This document shows, piece by piece, positions 52,900 through 64,000 of a stretch of 64,000 bases of DNA. The notes under the pieces are model-generated. The model had not been told where the DNA came from. It worked only from the letters and a program-made list of their open reading frames with translations, and searched no databases. The stretch is from positions 106,082,001-106,146,000 of the forward strand of contig OX597820.1 in the NCBI GenBank assembly GCA_951406725.2, in the 5' to 3' direction. This stretch comes from Octopus vulgaris. Taxonomy: Eukaryota. The number at the start of each line of letters is the position of its first letter. Position 1 is the stretch's first letter. Made by a program: the position numbers and the translations under genes.

Positions 52900-53417
52900 T
52901 TTCTTTGTTGATGGTAGCAACAAAGAAAGAAATTGCCCTAATGCTGTTGGATGTGTGGTGTCATCTGCCTTGCAGATTGTATATTTGCTGTTGATCCAGG
53001 GTGAAGTAATTCACAACCAGTGCTGTGTTGAAACCTGGGCATGTTGCTGTTGGACAGGTGTTGTCGTTTGGCATTGTTGGTGGAACTGACTGTGTCTTTT
53101 GCGGTCAGTGGCTAGACCTTAAAATGTCTGGAACCAAAGACACCGAGACAAGAAGTAGCTGAGTCTTTATAAGGAGCTGCAGGCTCAAACTGAATTAAGA
53201 ACAGGTTGTCTCATGTGATCTTATTTAAGGCTCCAATTGGTTATACACTGCATATTGGCATGACAGAGTAAGAAACAAATTGTGCCAATACCAACCAATC
53301 AAAGTAGTGGACACAACGGGGTCCAAATAGCAGCCAAGTGTTAGCTGTTATCTGCTACGTTTGAATGTTTGTATATATAATAAAGGGAAGAGGGATTTCA
53401 CTCGAGTGTATGCTACA
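52900..53417 (-). mobile_element. Partial LTR related to 18721-19826
   Basis: Minus-strand TGTAGC start; shared block GACCC.GTTGTGT.CACT.CT.TGATTGGTTGG.ATTGG. Confidence 0.6.
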
Positions 53418-53566
53418 TCCGTGAATCTATAGGTGCATGCTTATAGTAGGTCCCTTCACCCTAACCATTTTTGTCAGTCATCCACCTTTTTACAAACTCA
53501 ATAACAACAACTACAACAATGATTTTTGCAACTTAAAAACATTCATAATGGTGGTAGTAGCATTAG

Positions 53567-54343
53567 CCTAGGCTTGGGAACTAGGGGTGCAGGGGTACAA
53601 GTATACCCATTAAAATTTAGGTGGTGGTGGGGGTCAATGAAAACACATTGAATACCTATCTGAAAAACTTCATTGCTAAAACAAATGAGCAGAGAAACAT
53701 TTTTGGACTGATTTGAAACATTATTTCTCCATTATTGGGTTCATCTGATTTGATTGATGCACAAATTTCATAATATTAATTAATATTATATCTGTGTTTA
53801 GGGTGGTGAGCTGGAAGAATTGTTAGCATGCCAGGAAAAATGCTTAGCAGCATTCTGTCTGTCTTCATATTCTGAGTTCAAATTCCACTGAGGTCGATTT
53901 TATCTTTCATCATTTCGGGGTCGATTAATTAAGTACCAGTGAAACAGTGGGGTCGATGTAATTGATTAATTCCCTCCCACCAAATTTCAGGCCATGTGCC
54001 TTTAGTAGAAAGGATTATATATGTGTTTAAGGTGGTGAACCAGCAGAATTGTTAGCTCATCAGGAAAAAGGCTTAGCATCATTTCGTCTGTCACTACATT
54101 CTAAGTTCAAATTCCACCGAGGTTGACTTTGCCTTTTATCCTCCCAGGGCTGATAAAATAAGTACCTGTTGAACACTGGTGTTGCTTTAATTGACTTAAC
54201 CCCTTACTTGAAATTACTGGCCTTGTGCCAAAATTTGAAACTATTATTATATCATTGTTTGTCTTGATATGAAGATTGAAAAAAGACAACATTGTTTGTT
54301 AAAATTTTTACACCCCCAAACAAATTTTCTTCCCACGCTTGTG
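53567..54343. mobile_element. Possible hAT MITE split by two family-B SINEs (53800-54015, 54030-54242, plus)
   Basis: Imperfect TIRs CCTAGGCTTGGGAA / TTCCCACGCTTGTG with flanks AGCATTAG / AGTGTTAG. SINE heads GGTGGTGAGCTGG.AGAATTGTTAGC...GAGTTCAAATTCC are clear. Confidence 0.55.
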
Positions 54344-54994
54344 AGTGTTAGGGATGTGGATATTAGCAGTTATGGTTGCTGTTATAGTGGTTGTTGGTGC
54401 GAATGCAGTTTTATTGCTGGTAGTGGTAGCTGTTACAACTTATTATACAACATTGTTATTGCTTTTAAATATGTAGGATATTTAGGTAAAGATAAAACAG
54501 TATAGCCAATGGAGGTAGTGGTACAGATATTTTGGGGGTGATAACATTAATGGGGGTAAGAGAAGAGATATTTTGGTTGCTAGTGATATTAGTGGTGTTA
54601 GTGATGATGGTCGCCTACGATTTGCTGTTTTGCGACAGCGTTATTTTTGAGGAATACTTGGAGATGATGTTTTGATAGTATCTATGTTGAAATCATAATA
54701 GCAGTGGAGGTGGTAATGGTGGTGGAGGTGATAATGGTGGTGGAAGTGATAATGGTGGTGTTGATGTTGGTGGCAGTGGTGGTAGTAATAGAGTTGGTGT
54801 TGATAGTAAAATTACACAAAAAATGGTGATGCTTTGGGATTAGTATTTCCACAAAATATTATGATAATGATCTTATTTTAGTAAAGGTACACTTAAAATG
54901 CATGTTGGTGTATGCATGTGTGTGAATATATATATATATATACATACACACACACACATATATGTACGTGTGTATATATATATATATATATATA

Positions 54995-55673
54995 TCTATT
55001 ATATAAAATCCATTCTGTCTGTCTGTGTGTGTGTCTTCTAGGATCTTGGGCATCCTCCTTCCGATTGTGCTCAAATTTGATATGTAGATACCGATGGTAT
55101 CAGGCCGTGTATAAGTCTTGAAAAAATTACAAAAATCGATTCCATGTGGGAATGCGATCGATAAAGCCGTGGGAACGTGCCTTTGTACACACAAGTTCAT
55201 CAGCTGTTGCAATCGATACTATGTGTACGTGAGAAAAATCACCTCGAGTTGATTTCCTACATGTTTTATCGAATAAACTTATTATTGTTCCAGGTATGTT
55301 CTCATAAATTCATCATGCTTTTCTATCAAGATTTACCTCCAGATAACCCATTTGCATATATCGTTTTTGTCCTGCTTTTCTTCCGTCAACCTGTACATAA
55401 CGGCACCTTCTATTTTTTGTTGTTTTTGTACTGCTTAAAGGCACGTTTCTTTCCTGCCAAACTTACTATTTAAACCATGTTTGTGTTCTCCCAGTCAACA
55501 GCTTTATCATTACTGGTACTTTAAACTCTTCGGTTGCATATTTGTGTGAATAAAATCATTTTTCTTTGGAATAGAAAAAAGTCTATCTTTATTCCTTCTT
55601 TTGCTGGTGTCTCAAATTTAGGTTAAATCAGTGTTTTTCAAAGGAGAGGCCTACAGGACGGTCGGACAAGTTG
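54995..55673 (+). mobile_element. Non-autonomous Helitron-like element
   Basis: 5' TCTATTATATAAAA, internal (CTGT)n and CCGATTGTGCTCAAATTTG; GC-rich imperfect 3' hairpin followed by a decayed CTRR-like end. Confidence 0.55.
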
Positions 55674-55710
55674 TACATACACGTATATATGTATATATAA
55701 ATACATTCAT

Positions 55711-56271
55711 ATGACCGAAAAATGATGAGCTAACCTCAGGCTGAATTGAACCCACAAATCGATGCTTTCATGGCTCCTTGCGAATCTGATTGGCCAAATG
55801 CTCACCCATCAATTTCAGTCAAATTTACTTAATTTATACTTAAACTGTCTTAATACTACATAAATAATATTTATATAAACAAACCCAAAAGGCTTTGCAA
55901 GTTACGGAGAGAAAGCTACTATGGAAGGGATCCCAAGTTAATTCACAGAGGATGTAATTTAAGATAGTTTAAGTGTATATTAACTAAATTTGACTGAAAT
56001 TGATGGATGAGTGTCTGGCCAATCAGATTCACAAGGAGCCATGAAAGCATCGATTTGTGGGTTCGATTCAGCCTGAGGTTAGTTCATCATTTTTCGGTCA
56101 TTTGTTTATATTTAAAAATTGTTGCTTTAAAATAGGAGAATAAATATCATTATGATATATATTATATACAGTTATTGTACAGTTAATATACTATGAGCCT
56201 TCCATAGTAGCTTTCTCTCCGTAACTCGCAAAGCCTTTTGGGTTTGTTTATAAAAATATTATTTATGTAGT
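55711..56271. repeat. Interleaved double inverted repeat A-B-A'-B'
   Basis: A 55711-55853 / A' 55959-56101; B 55855-55928 / B' 56198-56271. A' contains the B-box-like GGTTCGATTC. Confidence 0.85.
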
Positions 56272-56285
56272 TATATATATATATA

Positions 56286-57380
56286 GGGTCATCCAATAAA
56301 TAATGTGGTTTTTTTCAATTGCATGAACTAAAAGTCAGAGGGGGACTGGATAAACTACCTGCATCAACTTGCTATAAAAGCAGGTGGTAATTTTACTTTG
56401 GGTTTATTCTTAGTGCAAGTTTTGAAGAGTGCAGTTCGATTTTAACAGTTATTTTTTCAAAGCTATAATGGAAGTGACAAAGGAGCATATTCGGCATATT
56501 TTGCTCAATGAGTTCAATAAAGACAACAATGTAATGGAAAGTGCAAGGAATATTAATGGAGTATATGGTGACTGAACAATAAGCGTAAGCCATAGTCAAC
56601 GGTGGTTCCAGAAACTACAGCCTAGAATACAAGCCTCGTCCTGGAAGATCTGTAGAACTCAACAAGGACACCCTGCAAACCCTAGTGGAACAAAATCCCA
56701 TCTTAACTGTTGAGCAACTAGCAGAGAAGCTTGGATTTGGTCATTCAACCATTTATTGACACCTATATGCCATTGGAAAAGTCAGCAAATTGGTTCAATG
56801 GGTTCCTTACAAATTTCCCGAGTCTAATTGCATGCAGAGAGTGAATGTGTTCTCTTCTTTGCTGTCATGTCTCATGAATAAACCTTTTTTGGATCGAATA
56901 GTAATTGGTGATGAGAAATGGGTTCTCTATAAAAATGTCAAGTGCCAAAGACATTGGGTAGGGAAAGGAGAAACACCGACACCCCAGGCTAAAGAAGGTC
57001 TTCCCCCACATAAGGTGTTGTTTTCTGTTTGGTGGGATATGAAAGGTTTAGTCCACTTTGAACTTTTAAATCCAAACCAAAACGATAACAAAGGAGATCT
57101 AGTGTGAGAAGCTTGAGTGGTTTAAGTCAACACTAGAAGAAAAACAACCATCTTTGGTTTTAAGATGAAAGGTTTTCTTTCATCAGGATAACGCTCAGCC
57201 ACATACAGTGAGGATGACATTCCAAAGCCTGGAGTAGTTTGAATGAGAAACGATGTCCCAACCACCATATTTGCTGGACATTGCCCCATCTGATTATCAT
57301 TTATTCCACAGTCTTCGAAATCATTTGGATGGAAAAAACACGAATTCTGTAGATTAGGTCAGAACAGTACTGGAGGAGTT
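56286..57380 (+). mobile_element. Decayed mariner transposon (transposase pseudogene)
   Basis: WVPYKF, LDRIVIGDEKWV, VWWD, HQDNAQPH and DIAPSDYHLF, with multiple stops and frameshifts. Confidence 0.92.
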
Positions 57381-58362
57381 GGCTGATTTTAAACCATAGC
57401 AAAGGCAACTAACCAAGTACATGGAGAACTCTAGAAAATCCTGAGGTATATTGCTCGTTAAGTTTATAGCAAACATTTGCACCAACTTTCTGCTGTCATT
57501 ATAACAGTAGTGGTCAAGCAGTGGGGAGGGGCAAACGTAGACACACACACACACCTATATGTGTGTATGTATATATACATATGATGGGCTTCTTTTAGTT
57601 TCCCTCTACTAAATCCACTCACAAAGCATTTGTCAACCCAATGTTATAGTAGAAGATACTTGCCATGCAGTGGAATTGAACACAGAACCATGTGATTGGG
57701 AAGCAAACTTCTTACCACACAGCCATGCCAGTGCCTATGTATGTATGTGTGTGTGTGTGTATACACATATAGCCATCCACACACACACATATGCACACAT
57801 GCATATTTGTATATTTATGTGCAGATGATGCTTTAGCAAGACGTGTAATGATGCATGACAATGAGATGTGGGAAATGAATAAAGAAGAGTTGTGTAAGGT
57901 TGAAGAGAAACCAGTCAGGCATGACCAATTCCTCTGAAACAGGAAAGGCATTGAATCAAAGCCACTGACCATGTAATGTTAACCTACAGACCATGAGATA
58001 GCTGAGAACATGGTGGAACATTGAAGGAGCATAAGGCAAATCCTGCAGCTGATGTGTTTGCTGTGATGCAAATGAATGATGAGCGTTTGGGAAGAAAAAC
58101 AAGCTCTATGTTTGTCAGTTAAAAGTACCGAAGGAAGATGACTAAGGTAAAACAACAGCAGCACCACCACCACCACAGCTACCGCCACCACAGCTACCAC
58201 CACCACCATGGCAAACACCACCACCGCCACCACTGCCACCGCTGTCATCACTACCTCCGCTACTGCCACCTCCACCCCCACTTCTACCGCCACCATAACT
58301 ACCACCTTCACCATCATGATCATCAACATCATCAAACATCACCCTACCCAATATTCACACAT

Positions 58363-58400
<38 letters not shown>

Positions 58401-59046
58401 ACATCTACAGATATTGGATTTCATAGAATAAATGATAAAAGTTTGAGTCATATAGAAATATGTTAAAGCAAATGAAATCTTCCTATGTTAACATCAAAAA
58501 ATCACTCAGGGAAATATGAAGGGGAGCTGAAAAGTTCCTGGCTTTGAGTAAAAGAAAATACAAGAAGGATCAGTTAATTATGATTTATATACAACATATT
58601 CCCCACTCAGGTTCACACACTTATTGCAGCAGTCCTTCATTTTTTCTAATCCCTGTAAAAGAACTTGGATGTTAGGGTTTCCAACTAGGCCTTTCATGAT
58701 ACCTTTAAAGCCAAAAACTTTTCAGCACTCCCTTGTATTGTTGGGAAAAAAATAGCTGAATTGAGAAACAGTTTTGTATTGTGCTCAAACATGGGACCAC
58801 TTCTGCTTGAATAGGATACCAGTCTATTGCAAGGTTACTCCCAGTAGCAACAGCTGCTGGTACTCACTTTCAACTGAGTTGATTGGAGTAATGTAAAATG
58901 AAGTACTTTGCTTAAACCCAATGTACTCTCCAATTCAGGCATTGAACCCATAACTTGATGATTAAGAGCCAAACGCCCTAACCACAAGGCATCACTTACA
59001 CATCAGAATGGAGCAAAGAATCATAAATCACATTATAAATTTCTAT

Positions 59047-59302
59047 CAGTGGTTCTTAGCTGGGGTCCACATGGCCCTTGGAGGCCTGTATAAGATTTAG
59101 TGGTTAAAATTTATCTCCATTAAATTGGTTATACTTCAACAATGCACAAAATATTTTAACAATTTTTTTATACATTTCCTAATAATGTTTAATTATAACA
59201 ATACAACAGGATTTTTTTAAAGCATTGAATGGGTATTAATGTCTGGAAGAGTAAAATAGGAATCGAAAGGATCCATAGGCAAAAAATGGTTGAGAAACAC
59301 TT
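59047..59302. mobile_element. hAT/Charlie-type MITE
   Basis: CAGTGGTTCTTAGC ... GGTTGAGAAACACT termini; same family as 48260-48846. Confidence 0.7.
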
Positions 59303-60142
59303 TGATATATAGTCAGTTGATCCTGCTAGAGATAGGAGCTAAACTTCTTTCAAATTTTACTCTCGTTTAGCATCCGTTTTCCATGCTAGCATGGGTTGGA
59401 CTTTTTTTTTTTTTTTTTTCTTGTGTGGCAAGCTTTCTACGGCCAGATGCCCTTCCTGACGCCAACCCCCACCTGTTGCCAAGCGAGGTAGTTTTTCCCT
59501 CTCTCTCTTTCGGAGAGGCACAAGCACCTACACGCACATATACACACACGGCAGTAACTTCCACCTACCGAATTCAATCACAGAGCTCCGGTCAGCTCAG
59601 GGCTATAGTGAAAGACACCTACCCAAAGTGTCACGCAGTGGGACTGAACCCAAAACCATGTAGCTAGGAAGCAAGCTCCCTAACCACACAGCCATGCCCG
59701 CGCCTACTCTGTTGTTTTGAAATGAAGGGCACATCAGATAGTGTAGTCTCAGATATAGACAATTTGAATAAAAGACGATGGTCATTGCTGGAAAGCATTT
59801 GATCATAAATCTGTTCAACCTGAGCTAACCTGAGCCTAAACGACACTGATGGTCAGTGATGGTCAATGAAAGAAAATGATCAAAACATAGAAAGTGAAGT
59901 ATTCTAATTAAAAAGAAACATAATTTTTTCAACGACTCTTAAAAAGGTTGCCATTCACAACAAAAATTTAGAAAAAAGGCGTAGGAGTGGTTGTGTGGTA
60001 AATAGCTTGCTTACAAACCACATGGTTCTGGGTTCAGTCCCACTGTGTGGCACCTTGGGCAAGTGTCTTCTGCTATAGCCTCAGGCCAACCAAAGCCTTG
60101 TGAGTGGATTTGGTAGACGGAAACTGAAAGAAGCCCGTCGCA

Positions 60143-60191
<49 letters not shown>

Positions 60192-60529
60192 GTGTGTGTG
60201 TATATGTGTATCTGTATTTGTCCCCCAACATTGCTTGACAACTGTAACTTTGCGGTTTGGCAAAAGAGACCGATAGAATAAGTACTAGGCTTACAAAGAA
60301 TAAGTCCTGGGGTCGGTGCTCCAGCATGGCCACAGTCAAATGACTGAAACAATTAAAAGAGTAAAAGAGTAAAATGTAAGTAAATGACTCTCCCCAGACA
60401 CAACAAAATCATTTGTTTTTATTTTGCTTTTTCCCAATTTTGCATTTTTAAAATTTGTTTTACAAGAATTTTAATCTAAAATAAAATGTTGAAACCAATA
60501 TTGTTAAATTTGGGACGAGTCATAATTAA

Positions 60530-60703
60530 TTCTTTCTAATTTTGGCACAAGGCCAGCAATTTCAGGGGAAGAGGATCAGTTGATTATGTCAAACCCAGTA
60601 CATAACTATTTCTTTATTTTATCAACTCTGAAAGGATGGAAAGCAAAGCTGACTTGGTAGGATTTTAGCTCAGAACATAAATAACCAGAGGAAATGCCAT
60701 CTC

Positions 60704-60734
<31 letters not shown>

Positions 60735-61145
60735 GTGGTTTCAAATTTTGGTACAAGGCGAGCAAATTTGATGGTAGTGGGTAAGTTGGTTACATTGATC
60801 CAAGTCCTTAACTGGTACTTATTTTACTGACCTGAAAGGCAAAGTCAACCTTGGCAGAAACTGAAATCAAAACAAAGCTGGAAGACACACTAATTAGCAT
60901 TTTCTCCAACATGCTAATGATTCTGTCAGCTCACAAGTTAATTGTTTTTAATTTTTATACAAGGCCAGCAATTTTAGGGGGAGGGGCAAGTTGATTACAT
61001 CAGCTCAGTACTTGACTGATACTTAATTCTAATGATCCTGAAAAGTCAAACTTGGTGGGATTTGAGTTGAGAACATAAAAAGCCAGAAGAAATACCATTA
61101 AGCATTTTCACTGATGCACTAACGATTCTGCCAAGTTGCTTAGGA
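60530..61145 (-). mobile_element. Three tandem family-B SINEs (further copies near 18315, 26470, 32163, 43535, 45485, 50960, 51125, 62790 and 63480-63770)
   Basis: Repeated TTTGGCACAAGGCCAGCAATTT...GATTACATC...GGTACTTATTTTA...GAAAGGATG...GCAAAGT.GAC. Confidence 0.8.
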
Positions 61146-61539
61146 CAGAGTCATAATTAATGCAGTCTATAAATACACGTGCACCGGTTGTTGTCTGTCT
61201 AGATTTCGTTTTACTTTCATTTTTCATAACAGTCCCCACAAAATAATTTTTTGCTATGCTAGTCTGCAGTTTTCCCAAAAGGTGTGCATTTTTTCCTTTT
61301 AAAGGGTTGGTTTTTGGATTGGTGTTGTGAGAAATTGTTTTCTGGTTGCGGATGGAGGATGTTTTGAAAGAAAACTGGAATATAGTCAGACAACTGATGT
61401 GTTTATTAGCTTTGGTCAATTATGATTCTTTCCACATAAAAAACTTGTGTCAGATGATAAGAAAACTAAAGTAAATCAAGTGCATGCCAAACAGTTCACT
61501 TTGAGTTCAAAATAACAATATGATTAGTAATAAATCTGT

Positions 61540-63250
<1,711 letters not shown>

Positions 63251-63814
63251 AACAGAATAGTTGATGGTTCAATTGAATAGCTAAAACAGAATAATCTTTA
63301 CACACAACAAACAGCTTATGCAACAGACATTTAATAATCTAAAACAACACAACTTACACAGCATACTATATAAGACTTGGACTCAACAAAATAACACAAC
63401 TTACATTACACACGTGTGCATGTGCACACACACATGCACAAACACACAAGATAACACAGAAGTTGTTACATCGAGCCCATTTATCAACCCTGAAAGGATG
63501 AAAGGCAAAGTTGACCTTGGCAGCATTTGAATTCAGATTATAATAATAATAATAATCCTTTCTACTATAGGCACAAAGTCAGAAATTTGGTAGAAGGGGG
63601 CTAGTTGTTTACATCTACCCCAGTGCTCAACTGGTACTTATTTCACTGACCCTTGAAAGGATGGAAGGCAGTGTCAACCTTAGTGGAATTTGAACTCAGA
63701 ATGTAGTGACAGATGAAATAATGCTAAGCATTTTGCCTCATGTGCTAATGTGTCTGCCATCTCAGTGTCTTAATAACAACAACAACAACAATCATAATAA
63801 AATGACAGTACTTG

Positions 63815-64000
63815 GTAGATAAAGCAATTAAAAGTATGAAGATAGGGAAAGCCCCTGGCCCATCAGAAATCACTGCACAGATGCTTAAAATATCTGGCAG
63901 TGTTGGCTATAGCCTAGTCACCCGTATAGTTAACCAGGTGATACACGAAGGAGTCATTCTCAATGACTGGTGTAGCAGCACTATAGTCAAGTGCTACAAA
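63815..64000 (+). mobile_element. RTE LINE fragment running off the window
   Basis: KAIKSMK.GKAPGPSEITAQMLKISGSVGYSLVTRIVNQVIHEGV, matching the 38-kb copy. Confidence 0.88.

Overview
AT-rich, repeat-saturated animal genomic DNA. The tRNA-derived SINE families, RTE LINEs, (CAT)n/(TA)n/(ATAC)n microsatellites and MITEs match what I recall of Octopus/cephalopod genomes; that assignment is inference. Most ORFs in the track are microsatellite or transposon artefacts. Supported content: one probable small single-TM protein gene (762-989, minus); decayed RTE, CR1, L1/Tx1, R4/Dong-like, Gypsy, mariner and Helitron elements; a solo LTR; several MITEs; and many SINEs. The most notable pattern is a set of short non-coding elements, mostly set in microsatellites, that form head-to-head foldbacks. 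Several carry type I hammerhead ribozyme cores: one canonical (3409-3469), two near-intact and several decayed. They include a tRNA-headed, TSD-bounded SINE with an internal hammerhead, and a 355-nt terminally redundant unit with a covarying structured-RNA domain. Together these suggest several Penelope-mobilised or retrozyme-like families. All folds were done by eye and boundaries are approximate unless stated.
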